Shown: positions 19,324 through 29,580 of the stretch, one piece after another | How positions within the stretch are numbered: position 1 is the stretch's first letter | Layout of the letters: each line of letters begins with the position of its first letter | Assembly: GCA_030157685.1 (NCBI GenBank) | Contig: JAOAUI010000361.1 | Location: 13,802-77,801 of the forward strand | DNA length: 64,000 nt | Source: Ferruginibacter sp. | GTDB taxonomy: Bacteria > Bacteroidota > Bacteroidia > Chitinophagales > Chitinophagaceae | Reading direction: 5' to 3' | Notes under the pieces: model-generated | Told to the model about the DNA's origin: nothing | What the model saw: only the letters and a program-made list of their open reading frames with translations | Databases searched by the model: none | Translations under genes and position numbers: made by a program

Positions 19324-20415
19324 ATGGCTGTACAGGATTATTTTTCTTATTTACTGAACCCACTGGAGCTGCTGCGTACTAAAAAAGTATTGCAGGTAAA
19401 TCCAACGGTTGTTTCTCAGCGGGCAGAACCCGCTGAAACAAAGCTTACAGTATATGATTATAACACGGGCCGAATAGATATTAAGGCACTTAAAAAAGTA
19501 GAAGACTGTTTTCCTTATATAGATCCTCAAACCGTTTCCTGGATAAATGTGGATGGTTTAAGAAAAGATGATGTGGAATCTATCTGCAAACATTTTGGTG
19601 TGCATTATTTAATTACTGAAGATATTTTAAGCCTGGGGCAGCGGCCAAAAATGGATGAGATTGACGGTCTGCTATTCTGTTTGCTGAATATGCTTTACTT
19701 TAATGATAAAGATTCGGCAGTGGAGATAGAGCAGATAAGTATTGTGCTGGGTAAAAACTTTGTTATCAGTTTTCAGGAGGATGCCACCAGGGATGTTTTT
19801 AATCCTTTGCGTGAACGGTTAAAAGTTGGTAATACCAAAGTAAGGCAAAACGGTGCCGACTTTTTATTTTATGCTTTGATTGACATGATTGTTGATAATT
19901 ATTATGTGGTGATGGAAAAACTGGGCGAAAAAATTGAAGGGTTGGAAGAGGATATTGTACGCAGCCCCAACACCCGCAGCCTGGCCAAAATAAATATGTT
20001 GCGTAAAGAAATGATAATACTTAAAAGAAGTGTGGCTCCGGTAAGGGAGTTGGTAAACGGTATTTTAAGAAGTGAGAGTGAGCTGATAGAAGAGAAAACC
20101 GAAAAATATTTTAAGGATGTGTACGATCATATTTTACAGGCAAACGAATTGGCCGAAAACTACCGTGATATGATGATGAACCTGCATGACCTGTACCTGA
20201 GTAATGTAAATTTAAAAATGAACGAAGTGATGAAAGTGATGGCTGTGGTAACCTGTTTGCTGGCTCCGGCAACAGTTATTGGTGGCATTTTCGGAATGAA
20301 CTTTGAATCTATTCCACTCCTGCATAATAAATGGGGATTCTTTATTTCGGTTGGGCTAATGCTATTTATTCCGCTGACAATGATAAGAATGTTTAGAAAG
20401 CGTGGCTGGTTTTAA
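19324..20415 (+). CDS. corA: Magnesium/cobalt transporter CorA
   Basis: EDILSLGQRPK, NEVMKV, GIFGMNF, two C-terminal TM helices. Confidence 0.95.
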   Translation: MAVQDYFSYLLNPLELLRTKKVLQVNPTVVSQRAEPAETKLTVYDYNTGRIDIKALKKVEDCFPYIDPQTVSWINVDGLRKDDVESICKHFGVHYLITEDILSLGQRPKMDEIDGLLFCLLNMLYFNDKDSAVEIEQISIVLGKNFVISFQEDATRDVFNPLRERLKVGNTKVRQNGADFLFYALIDMIVDNYYVVMEKLGEKIEGLEEDIVRSPNTRSLAKINMLRKEMIILKRSVAPVRELVNGILRSESELIEEKTEKYFKDVYDHILQANELAENYRDMMMNLHDLYLSNVNLKMNEVMKVMAVVTCLLAPATVIGGIFGMNFESIPLLHNKWGFFISVGLMLFIPLTMIRMFRKRGWF

Positions 20416-20931
20416 TTACAGGGGCCTTGGTTTTTTATAAACCGGCACGGTACTGCAGGGTTCGCCATACATAATGCTTTTTACCACTGGTCTTAACTGG
20501 TTTGTAATGGCAACATAAGCGGTTTCTGAAATGGGTAGTTCGCCGCAGCCTTTAATTACCACACGTTGGTCTTTGTAATCTTCGGCATTAATTCTATCAA
20601 TATTTTTTAAGAACAGGGTTTTGTGTAAAAAATCAGCATCGCCAAAAATAATTTCTTTGGCAACCGGTTGCAGATAGCTTGCAACCAGCATATAGGCCCA
20701 TACAGGTATAATGGCATCTGCCGAACAGGTAAGGGCTATGTTTTTGTCTTTGTATGGAGTAAGGTCCAGGTTCTTCATGACTTCCCTGAAATCTTTTTCT
20801 TTCAATATCAGCCCCATAAAGAGATGATCCTTCATATCAAAAACCGCAGTTTCTTCTTTTGGATAAAAATCCTCCAGGTCCAAAGTAATGATTCCGCTTT
20901 CTGAAACTTTATTTACAAATTCAGCTTCCAT
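20416..20931 (-). CDS. DUF2480 family protein
   Basis: LILKEKDFR, DAIIPVWAYML, VIKGC, SIMYGEPCSTVPVYK. Confidence 0.8.
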   Translation of the reverse strand: MEAEFVNKVSESGIITLDLEDFYPKEETAVFDMKDHLFMGLILKEKDFREVMKNLDLTPYKDKNIALTCSADAIIPVWAYMLVASYLQPVAKEIIFGDADFLHKTLFLKNIDRINAEDYKDQRVVIKGCGELPISETAYVAITNQLRPVVKSIMYGEPCSTVPVYKKPRPL

Positions 20932-21038
20932 ATTGCAAAGATAGTATTACCCTTAAAACCGGGGTTATATTAAAAGTTAAACAACCGGTATCGGCAAAAA
21001 TTTTTCTAAAAAGGTAAACCATGGGAGGGTGGTAAATG

Positions 21039-21072
21039 TAAACAGCCATCACATGATCGTGATGGCTGTTTA
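21039..21072 (-). terminator. Hairpin terminator downstream of the ppiD-like gene
   Basis: TAAACAGCCATCAC-N6-GTGATGGCTGTTTA, 14-bp stem. Confidence 0.75.
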
Positions 21073-21092
21073 AAAATTTATATCAATTTCTG

Positions 21093-23219
21093 TTAATAAA
21101 ACTTGCTTCTGTTATCTTTAATGGTTGCCTTTTTGCGCAGGCCTTCAAACCAGTTTGAAACCGCCTGGTTGCGTAATGCAACTGTTTGCTGTAACCTCAT
21201 TTGAACTTTATCTTCATTCGGATCGGTTGCTTTTTCGCCAACACTGTTCACTTTAAAAACAAACACACCGGCTTTACCCGCAACGGGTGCTGCCACTTTA
21301 TTAAGGTTTGCTTTATTAAATATGGCACCAATTAATTTTGGCTCATTTCCTATTGAATCAATTATCTGTGCTTTAAATGTGATTGAAGAATCGGCACCGG
21401 TCACTATTATTGCTTTAGCATATTTTGCCGATGCGCTCTCCAATGTTGGATTAGCACCCAGCGCACTGATTATCTGTGCTGCTTTCTTTTCTTCTCTTAT
21501 AGCATTTTCTGCTAATGGCCTGGCTGTTTCTACATCCTGTGTTCCTTCTTCATAAATTTTATCTACAATTGCAACCACAAACTGGTCGCCAACCGGCATT
21601 GGGTCACTTACATCTCCCTTTTTAGCTTCAAAAACCCAACGCACCAGTTGCCTTGCATCCTGCATCCGTCCTATGCTTGCATCGTTCTCTTTAATAAGTG
21701 TTGGTTCAGATATTTTTTGCAAACCGTTCTTTTGTAAATATGCTTCCAGCTTTTTAGCATCTTTTTCAGCAGAAAGCTTAACAGCATTATTACTTGCGTT
21801 GTTGATGGTTTCTTCACTTGGGTAAATCTCTTTTGCTAAAAAACCAATTTTGTATGCAGGGCTTGCTCCTTTCTGGCCTAACAACTCTATAATATGATAA
21901 CCAAACTGTGTTCTTACAACACCTCTTGATCCTACCGGTTTTTCAAAACAGTATTTATTAAACTCCGGCACCATTGCTCCGTAAGCAAATGTTCCCAGGT
22001 CGCCTCCTTTATCTTTACTGCCATCAGATGAGTATTGCATAGCAAGAATCGCAAAATTTGCTCCCGTATTGATTGCATTATATACACTGTCGGCACGTTT
22101 TTTTGCAGTACTGTCTTCAAGCAGGGGTTGGCCTGTTTGAGCATTTACGGTTGCTATTAATATGTGTTTTGCATGTGCACTGTCCGGAACGGTTTTACTG
22201 CCAAGCATTTTTGCAACTACATAACTTTTGTTTTCAACATATGGGCCATAAACCGCTCCTGCCGGAAGCCTGGTTATTGAATCTATATAAGCACTTTGAA
22301 TTTTTGATTTTGGAACATAATTGGTATCAAAGTCAATTGCAGAAGCATTTCTGGCTAAAAAATTCTTCACATTGGTTTCGTTGGCAAACTCTGTTTTCAG
22401 GCTTTCAACCTGTGCTTTGGTTTTGGCGCTGTCTGCAGCACTGGGCAACTGGCTAAAACCAACATAAGAAATCATACGGCCAGCTTCCTGTTTAAAAAGG
22501 TCTTTATGATTGTCTACATATTTTTTAACCTCTTCATTAGTTACTTTAATGGTACTGTCGCTGATTGTTTGATAAGGAATCTGCACAAAAGAAATAGTTG
22601 CAAAGGTTTTACTTTCTTTTGCGTCCTTTTCTTCCATCCAGGTTGGGTAATATGCGCTTGCATTTAGCAATGCAAAATATTTTGTAGAAACACTGGTTAA
22701 TTTTTGCGGCTCAATAATTTGTGAATTAATCATTTCCCACTGTTCGCCTTTTGCCTTTTTAATATTAGTTAAGGCCTGTGTTAATTTAGCCTGATCTAAT
22801 TTTCCGGTTGCCGGGTCCACCATTGAACGGTCCTGCATCATGGGATTTGATGGATCATCGCTTTTTAATACTTTATCCAGTTCTTTAGATGTAAACTCAA
22901 TGCCAAGCTTTGCAGCTTCTGCATAGAAAACTTTTTCGGCCACAATCTGGTTCCAAACCTGGTCCCGTATCTGTGCTAAACGGCTATTGCTCGGCTTTTG
23001 ACCGCTTTGCTGCTCTTCCTGGTTTTCAAGGTTCTGAATTTTTTTATTAAATTCGTTCTGGTCAATAGATGAACCATTTACTTTTCCAATACTTTCGGAA
23101 GCAGACCTGCCGCCTTTATCCTGTTTGGCATCCATTAAAATAAAAGCAATTAAAGCCAGTGCAATAGCAGCAATTGTTATTGGAGCTCCTTTTTCACGTA
23201 TACTCTGAATAATTTGCAT
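21093..23219 (-). CDS. PpiD-like membrane-anchored parvulin peptidyl-prolyl isomerase (SurA N-terminal domain)
   Basis: N-terminal TM; AKHILI, SKDKGGDLG, MVPEF, VRTQFGYHII. Confidence 0.88.
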   Translation of the reverse strand: MQIIQSIREKGAPITIAAIALALIAFILMDAKQDKGGRSASESIGKVNGSSIDQNEFNKKIQNLENQEEQQSGQKPSNSRLAQIRDQVWNQIVAEKVFYAEAAKLGIEFTSKELDKVLKSDDPSNPMMQDRSMVDPATGKLDQAKLTQALTNIKKAKGEQWEMINSQIIEPQKLTSVSTKYFALLNASAYYPTWMEEKDAKESKTFATISFVQIPYQTISDSTIKVTNEEVKKYVDNHKDLFKQEAGRMISYVGFSQLPSAADSAKTKAQVESLKTEFANETNVKNFLARNASAIDFDTNYVPKSKIQSAYIDSITRLPAGAVYGPYVENKSYVVAKMLGSKTVPDSAHAKHILIATVNAQTGQPLLEDSTAKKRADSVYNAINTGANFAILAMQYSSDGSKDKGGDLGTFAYGAMVPEFNKYCFEKPVGSRGVVRTQFGYHIIELLGQKGASPAYKIGFLAKEIYPSEETINNASNNAVKLSAEKDAKKLEAYLQKNGLQKISEPTLIKENDASIGRMQDARQLVRWVFEAKKGDVSDPMPVGDQFVVAIVDKIYEEGTQDVETARPLAENAIREEKKAAQIISALGANPTLESASAKYAKAIIVTGADSSITFKAQIIDSIGNEPKLIGAIFNKANLNKVAAPVAGKAGVFVFKVNSVGEKATDPNEDKVQMRLQQTVALRNQAVSNWFEGLRKKATIKDNRSKFY

Positions 23220-23385
23220 ATCTGTTTTATATTAAATTTGGACGGCAAAAATAGGGTAAAATTGAATATAAAAATCTGTTTTTAAAGCCTTCAAATACAT
23301 TATAATGCAGTATCTGAAAGGCTTAGACAATTTATTGCTTCGGGGTTTTATGGTTTTTTATAGGGTTTTTAGGGTTGTTTTTGGG

Positions 23386-23808
23386 TTCTTAACAGGCACT
23401 TGTTAATAACAGTAAAAAGCAGTTAATAACCCCCATTTTTAAAAATGAAACCTATGCATAAAATGAGCAGATCTTAAGGTTGTGGTTATTTTTTTACTGA
23501 GTACTGTTATTAAACCATGGTTTATGCAGCCTGTATCAACAGGTATAAATATATTATGTGTAATTATTCTTTACACGTCGAGACTTATTAACTGGTGTGT
23601 GAAATAAATATTAATAATGTTATCTATTGTTACTGGAGTGTAGCTTCGGATGTATCCATCCAAATATATAAATGTTAATTTCCTGTGGATGACGGTTAGT
23701 AAGTTAAAGGTTTTAATTTTGCAACAGTTGCTGTTTTTATTTTTTCCACAAATTAACAGCCCTAGTAATAGTAGTTGATTATATAAATAAGTAGTATTAA
23801 TACATATT
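23386..23808. other. Probable chromosomal replication origin (oriC)
   Basis: AT-rich 589-bp gap with DnaA-box-like 9-mers: TGTTAATAA 23401, TGTGGTTAT 23481, GTATCAACA 23533, TGTGGATGA 23684, TTTTCCACA 23742, AAATTAACA 23750. These are followed by GCCC, TAG TAA TAG TAG TTG trios and an AT-rich tract. Confidence 0.75.
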
Positions 23809-24813
23809 ATGGCAGATATTAACAGTGCTTTTGCTGCAATTGAAAAAACCGGTTTTTTGGATATAGATATAGATCCGTCTATTGATTTGTTTGCAGAAAT
23901 TGAAATACTTAAAAAAGAAAAAAATGCCATTATACTGGCTCATTATTACCAGGAGCCTGATATTCAGGATGTGGCAGATTATATTGGTGATAGTTTAGGC
24001 CTGGCACAATATGCTGAAAAAACAGAAGCAGATATTATTGTTTTTGCAGGCGTGCATTTTATGGCAGAAACAGCCAAGATATTAAACCCTTCAAAAAAAG
24101 TTTTACTTCCCGATTTAAACGCAGGTTGTTCCTTGAGTGATTCTGCACCACCACCACTGTTTAAATTATTTAAGGAAAAACACCCCGGCCATAAAGTAAT
24201 TACCTATATAAACTGTTCTGCCGGTATTAAAGCTTTAAGTGATATTATCTGTACCTCTTCTAATGCCCAAAAAATAGTAGAAAGCTTGTCGGCTGACCAA
24301 CCTATCATTTTTGCACCAGATAAGAACCTTGGCGCTTATATCAACAAGCAGACGGGTAGAAATATGGTGTTATGGAACGGCGCCTGTATGGTTCATGAAA
24401 TTTTTAGTCTGGAAAAAATAACCAAATTAAAAATTCGGCACCCGAAAGCAAAAGTTATTGCACATCCCGAATGTGAGGAAGCTGTTTTAAACGTAGCAGA
24501 TTATATTGGAAGCACTACCGGTTTATTAAAATTTACTAAGCAGGATTCTGCCAGCACTTTTATAGTAGCTACCGAAACGGGTATTTTACACCAGATGCAG
24601 AAAGCCAGCCCCGATAAAACATTTATTCCGGCACCACCCGATAACAGCTGTGCCTGTAACGATTGTCCGCATATGAAGTTAAATACACTTGAAAAATTGT
24701 ATTTGTGTTTAAAATATGAAGCACCCGAAATTTTAATGGATGAAGAATTACGTTTAGCTGCAAAAAAGCCAATTGACGAAATGCTTAGAATAAGTGCTTT
24801 GTATGGTTTGTAG
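23809..24813 (+). CDS. nadA: Quinolinate synthase
   Basis: [45 protein letters not shown]. Confidence 0.97.
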   Translation: MADINSAFAAIEKTGFLDIDIDPSIDLFAEIEILKKEKNAIILAHYYQEPDIQDVADYIGDSLGLAQYAEKTEADIIVFAGVHFMAETAKILNPSKKVLLPDLNAGCSLSDSAPPPLFKLFKEKHPGHKVITYINCSAGIKALSDIICTSSNAQKIVESLSADQPIIFAPDKNLGAYINKQTGRNMVLWNGACMVHEIFSLEKITKLKIRHPKAKVIAHPECEEAVLNVADYIGSTTGLLKFTKQDSASTFIVATETGILHQMQKASPDKTFIPAPPDNSCACNDCPHMKLNTLEKLYLCLKYEAPEILMDEELRLAAKKPIDEMLRISALYGL

Positions 24814-24820
24814 GTGATAT

Positions 24821-25873
24821 TTATTTTTTAAAATAACTACTAATTCTGGTTGCTACATTTTCCCGGATATTCATGTAGAATAAATTAATATCACCAACAT
24901 GATAATTCTTCTGTGTGAAAAATATTTTTCCCGGCACATCTGGTTTACTGCTCCATAAAATATTATTGTGAATTTGGGCACTTACTACCCGTGGCACCAC
25001 ATGATTGAAATTTTTAAGCACACCTCCTTTATTGAGTTTTGATGATACAAGGCCGGTTTCATTTGTCCAGGTTAATGGATTAATTACAACAGATTTAAAT
25101 TTTTCATCTGCAATAAGCTGTGGTTCTTCTGAATCTTTTCTAAATGTTCGCCAGCTTACAAAGCAACCGGTTGCAACAGAATCATTGCAGGGTTTTAGGG
25201 TAGAAAAATAATCAACAGGAACAGGCAGACCAATAATATAAGCACAAACCAATTGTTGTTGTAAAGGTTTGTTTTCAAAAAACTCTTTCAGTAATCTTCC
25301 GGCATGTTTAGTACCCTGGCTGTGCGATGCTATAATAATCGGGCGGTTGTTATTATAATTTTTTAGATAAAACTCAAATGCAGCTTTTACATCGGCATAA
25401 GCAATTTCAAAAGCATTATTAGTTTCAGGGGTGGTTTGAAAAAAGCACCTGATATGTGCCTGCCTGTACCTGGGAGCAAATACCCTGCATTTTTCATTAA
25501 ATGCGCTGGCCTGGTAAAGAATCGTTGAATAATCTGTTTTTGAATTGATATCCGCATCATTAATTTCTGCATTCCACCTTGCATCACTATAATCTGTAAG
25601 TGTGGTAGGATGAATAAAAAAAACATCAGTTAAACTATCGGGCCTGTAATTTTCTTGTAAATCCGCAGGTACACTATCGCTTAAATCTTTTTTCCATGGG
25701 TGTGCAGCCCAATAATCAAGATTGCTATAATCCGGAATTTTTGTTTCAGATTTAAATTGATATGTTGCCTTTTGAGCATAATTATTTTTTGAACAGGATA
25801 GGCATAATAATATTACAGCGCAGCACAAAAAGCTGTTAAGTACTAAAGATATTTTGTATTTTTTCATAATCAA
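24821..25873 (-). CDS. DUF3089 alpha/beta-hydrolase-like lipoprotein
   Basis: Lipobox LSC; WAAHP, FIHPTT, APRYRQ, SHSQG. Confidence 0.8.
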   Translation of the reverse strand: MIMKKYKISLVLNSFLCCAVILLCLSCSKNNYAQKATYQFKSETKIPDYSNLDYWAAHPWKKDLSDSVPADLQENYRPDSLTDVFFIHPTTLTDYSDARWNAEINDADINSKTDYSTILYQASAFNEKCRVFAPRYRQAHIRCFFQTTPETNNAFEIAYADVKAAFEFYLKNYNNNRPIIIASHSQGTKHAGRLLKEFFENKPLQQQLVCAYIIGLPVPVDYFSTLKPCNDSVATGCFVSWRTFRKDSEEPQLIADEKFKSVVINPLTWTNETGLVSSKLNKGGVLKNFNHVVPRVVSAQIHNNILWSSKPDVPGKIFFTQKNYHVGDINLFYMNIRENVATRISSYFKK

Positions 25874-25905
25874 AACTACATTCGTAAAAATTAAAGATAT
25901 ATTTT

Positions 25906-26847
25906 ATGTCGATTCCATCGGTTGATTTAGGTGAGTTTTTATCAGGAGATTCTGTTCGCAAAAATCAATTTGTACAAAATTTAGGCAGGGCTTATGAAGA
26001 AATAGGTTTTGTAGCAGTTAAAAATCACGGAATTTCAGATGATCTGATCGCTGATCTGTATGAATATGTGCAACAGTTTTTCTCTTTACCATTAGAACAA
26101 AAGAAGCAATACGAAATTAAGGGCCTGGCCGGCCAGCGTGGTTATACCAGCTTTGGTAAAGAACACGCTAAGGGAAGCGAAGCACCGGATTTAAAAGAGT
26201 TTTTTCAATATGGGCAGATTGCGAGGGATAATTTTGATGAAGTAATCTATCCTGATAATGTTTCGGTAAAAGAGATATGCGATTTTGACAGGACCCTGGC
26301 CGAAGCATACAGGGCTTTTGAAAAGTCAGGCACAGCTTTGCTGCAGGCAATTGCTTTGTACCTGGGCCTGGATGAAAATTATTTTGATGAATTTGTTTAT
26401 AATGGTAATTCTGTTTTAAGGTCAATACATTATCCTCCCATCACTACTGAACCGGTTAGTGCCATCAGGGCAGAGCAACATGAGGATATAAACTTAATTA
26501 CTTTATTGGTTGGTGCATCTGCCGATGGGCTTGAAATTTTATCCAAACAGGATGATTGGGTTGCTGTTACCTCATTACCCGAACAGATTGTTGTAAATGT
26601 TGGCGATATGCTGCAGCGGCTTACCAATAATAAGCTTTGCAGCACAACGCACCGGGTTGTAAATCCTGCAAGGCAATTCTGGCACACATCAAGGTTTTCT
26701 ATTCCTTTTTTCCTTCACCCCAAAACAACTATGAGTTTGCGCTGCCTCGAAAATTGTATTGATGATGCACACCCCAAACTTTATGATGATATAACAGCCG
26801 GTGAATACCTGGATGAAAGACTTAGGGAAATTGGGTTAAAGGCATAA
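25906..26847 (+). CDS. 2OG-Fe(II) dioxygenase, isopenicillin N synthase family
   Basis: GFVAVKNHGI, HYPP, HEDINLITL (HxD), HRVV, RFS. Confidence 0.92.
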   Translation: MSIPSVDLGEFLSGDSVRKNQFVQNLGRAYEEIGFVAVKNHGISDDLIADLYEYVQQFFSLPLEQKKQYEIKGLAGQRGYTSFGKEHAKGSEAPDLKEFFQYGQIARDNFDEVIYPDNVSVKEICDFDRTLAEAYRAFEKSGTALLQAIALYLGLDENYFDEFVYNGNSVLRSIHYPPITTEPVSAIRAEQHEDINLITLLVGASADGLEILSKQDDWVAVTSLPEQIVVNVGDMLQRLTNNKLCSTTHRVVNPARQFWHTSRFSIPFFLHPKTTMSLRCLENCIDDAHPKLYDDITAGEYLDERLREIGLKA

Positions 26848-26865
26848 AAAAGATTAACTGCAATA

Positions 26866-28119
26866 TTGAAAAAACTGATTCGGCATATTCCATTTTTAAA
26901 ATCTGTGTTTATACACAGCGTTACAGCTTTTGGCGGACCACAGGGACATATCGGCATGGTTCTAAAAACATTTGTGGAAAAACGCAAGGATCTCACAAAG
27001 GAAGAGCTGATGGAATATGTTTCATTTTGTCAACTATTGCCCGGGGCATCATCTACCCAAACCCTAACACTTATAGGATATAAACGCGGAGGTGTTAAGC
27101 TGGCGGTACTTACTTTACTCATATGGATTTTGCCAGCCTGCACAATAATGGGAGGGTTATCTTTTGTTGTCGGCAATATCGGAACCAATAATATCAAACC
27201 AACATTATTTCAATTTATCCAACCAATGGCTATTGGATTTTTAGCTTATGCGGCATTTAAAGCATACCACACCAGCATAAAAAATACAATTACTCAGGTA
27301 ATTATGCTGGCTGCGTTGGCGAGTACATATTTTCTTTTTAAAACTCCGTGGATAATTCCTGCCTTAATAATTGCAGGTGGAATTGCAACCAATTTCAGCA
27401 GCAAGCGTATACCAACTAAAGAGGTTATAAAACCAAGACAAATAGGATGGACAAATATCTGGCTATTTGTATTGATTTTTATTGTTGCCGGGTTTTTAAG
27501 CGAAACCGCAAGAAAGCAAAACTGGGAAAACAAAAAACCCTATAACCTGTTTGAAAACTTCTATCGCTTCGGATCTTTTGTATTTGGTGGTGGAGATGTT
27601 TTAATTCCGCTGATGCTTGACCAGTATGTTGTGAGGCCAACCTCAGAAAGGGTAATAAAAAAGAATCCGGATATTATTAAAGTAGAAAGAGAAGACCTGC
27701 TAACAGGCGCCGGCCTTGTAAGAGCAATTCCTGGACCCGTTTTTTCAATTGCATCTTTTATGGGTGGCATTGCCTTAAAAAACGAAGGCCCAAAGATTCA
27801 GTTATTGGGTTGTTTAATCGGCTCAATTGCTATCTTTCTTCCAAGCGCTTTACTGGTGCTTTTCTTTTTTCCGGTCTGGCAATACTTAAAAAAATTCGTT
27901 GTTGTTTTACGTTCACTCGAAGGTATCAATGCTGCAGTAGTAGGCATTATGATTGCCGCAACGCTATACCTGGTTAAAGACGTTTCAATAATGTCCCACA
28001 GTATAATCAGTTATATTAATATGGCTGTTATTCTGGGCACGTTCCTTGTTTTACAATATTCTAAAATACCGCCACCATTCATTGTTTTATTTTGTCTTTT
28101 AACCGGTCTTATCTTTTGA
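26866..28119 (+). CDS. chrA: Chromate efflux transporter family (ChrA)
   Basis: Two Chromate_transp repeats: [13 protein letters not shown] and FGGGDV/AIPGP. Confidence 0.85.
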   Translation: MKKLIRHIPFLKSVFIHSVTAFGGPQGHIGMVLKTFVEKRKDLTKEELMEYVSFCQLLPGASSTQTLTLIGYKRGGVKLAVLTLLIWILPACTIMGGLSFVVGNIGTNNIKPTLFQFIQPMAIGFLAYAAFKAYHTSIKNTITQVIMLAALASTYFLFKTPWIIPALIIAGGIATNFSSKRIPTKEVIKPRQIGWTNIWLFVLIFIVAGFLSETARKQNWENKKPYNLFENFYRFGSFVFGGGDVLIPLMLDQYVVRPTSERVIKKNPDIIKVEREDLLTGAGLVRAIPGPVFSIASFMGGIALKNEGPKIQLLGCLIGSIAIFLPSALLVLFFFPVWQYLKKFVVVLRSLEGINAAVVGIMIAATLYLVKDVSIMSHSIISYINMAVILGTFLVLQYSKIPPPFIVLFCLLTGLIF

Positions 28120-28698
28120 TCAGTTCTTGTAATAACCAGCTAGCTCAATTTCTTCTTTAACCACATCAGGCACTAAAAACCGGATAGATTTTCTGTTCTT
28201 TATTAACTCACGTATATGTGTAGACGATATTTCTAAAAGTGGCGCATTCAATATATGTACGTTTGCACCAAAGGTTTCGGTGACTTCAAAACCGGGCCTT
28301 TTATAAATGTATATGGAGTGGTTGGTAATAATAACTTCGTGATTTTTCCACTTGTTTAAATTCTGAAAACCATCGCTGCCCATTAAAATTGAGAACTCAT
28401 GTTCGGGGTGTTTTTCCTTCAGGTAAGCAAGGGTATCAACGGTATAAGACGGTTTGGGCATATTAAACTCAACTCCGCTGGCCCGTAAATTATTTTCACC
28501 ATCAATGGCGGACTTAATTAAGTGCAATCGGTGATACTCATTTAGTAAGGAAGCAGATTGCTTAAAAGGATTTTGGGGAGATACGACAAACCAAACCTGG
28601 TTAAGGTCGGTTTCATTAACGACATGGTTGGCAATTATTAAATGGCCAATATGAATAGGGTTGAATGAACCAAAGTAAAGTCCAATTTTCATTAGCAA
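28120..28698 (-). CDS. nadD: Nicotinate-nucleotide adenylyltransferase
   Basis: FGSFNPIHIGH, PSYTVDTL, MGSD, ISSTHIR. Confidence 0.95.
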   Translation of the reverse strand: MLMKIGLYFGSFNPIHIGHLIIANHVVNETDLNQVWFVVSPQNPFKQSASLLNEYHRLHLIKSAIDGENNLRASGVEFNMPKPSYTVDTLAYLKEKHPEHEFSILMGSDGFQNLNKWKNHEVIITNHSIYIYKRPGFEVTETFGANVHILNAPLLEISSTHIRELIKNRKSIRFLVPDVVKEEIELAGYYKN

Positions 28699-28719
28699 AA
28701 GATTTTTTTTGAGATTAAC

Positions 28720-28959
28720 TTAAGCAATAACAGCTGTTTCTTCAACCCAAATCATTTCGGCTTCATCCAGCCTTAAACTTAAATGATAGCCGGCAACTGT
28801 AATGGAAATAGGATCACCAAGCGGTGCTATCTGATCAATCTTTACAATTTCCCCTGGTATACAACCCATTTCCATGAGCTTTAGAAAAATATCATCATTT
28901 TCAAATGCTGTGATAACCGCATATTTACCAACCCTTACTTCCGATAACCGTTTCTTCAT
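28720..28959 (-). CDS. feoA: FeoA family protein
   Basis: KLMEMGCIPG, APLGDPI, LSLRLDEA. Confidence 0.85.
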   Translation of the reverse strand: MKKRLSEVRVGKYAVITAFENDDIFLKLMEMGCIPGEIVKIDQIAPLGDPISITVAGYHLSLRLDEAEMIWVEETAVIA

Positions 28960-29005
28960 TTCAATCGTTTTCTTTTAAATCAGATACAAATGTATCAAAT
29001 CAATA

Positions 29006-29464
29006 TTGTTATCTAATTTCGATATAAGAAATAACGACATGCAAAAAGTTCAATTTTACTCTTTTGATAGGAACCCTAATTTAAAAGAACGCACGAGACT
29101 AAAGTTTTTTATTGAAAAAATTTTTACGTATGAAAGGAAAAGGCTGTGTAACCTGTCCTATATATTCTGCTCAGACGAACACCTGCTTACTATTAATAGA
29201 GACTTTCTGAAACACGATTTTTATACCGATGTCATCACATTTGATCTTAGTTCTTCAAAAAATGAAATAGAAGGAGAGATTTATTTAAGTGTTGACAGGA
29301 TAACGGATAACGCAAAACGACTTGGGTTTTCTTTTAAAGAAGAGCTTCATCGTGTAATATTTCATGGAGCGCTACATTTGTGTGGCTATAAAGACAAGAA
29401 CAAAGAGGAGTTATTAATTATGCGGACAAAAGAGGACAAATACCTTAATCTTTATTTTAAATAA
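29006..29464 (+). CDS. ybeY: rRNA maturation RNase YbeY (true start possibly ATG 29039)
   Basis: TDVITF, GEIYLS, HRVIFHGALHLCGYKD. Confidence 0.92.
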   Translation: MLSNFDIRNNDMQKVQFYSFDRNPNLKERTRLKFFIEKIFTYERKRLCNLSYIFCSDEHLLTINRDFLKHDFYTDVITFDLSSSKNEIEGEIYLSVDRITDNAKRLGFSFKEELHRVIFHGALHLCGYKDKNKEELLIMRTKEDKYLNLYFK

Positions 29465-29471
29465 ACATCCG

Positions 29472-29487
29472 TTTTTCACGTGGAACA
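29472..29487. promoter_or_regulatory. parS site
   Basis: TTTTTCACGTGGAACA; reverse complement TGTTCCACGTGAAAAA is 1 mismatch from TGTTCCACGTGAAACA. Confidence 0.8.
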
Positions 29488-29518
29488 TATGGTATATCAA
29501 TAAAAATTTATATTACAA

Positions 29519-29534
29519 GGTTCCACGTGAAATG
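29519..29534. promoter_or_regulatory. Second, more degenerate parS site
   Basis: GGTTCCACGTGAAATG; core GTTCCACGTGAAA intact, 3 outer mismatches. Confidence 0.65.
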
Positions 29535-29580
29535 ACGATTATTCGGAGCCTACAAAAGTGTTTACTTACCTTTGCATCCC

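Noticed and set aside
23571-23930. 119-aa minus-strand ORF over the origin region
   Set aside because: Antisense to the nadA start, overlaps the DnaA-box cluster and has no protein-like motifs
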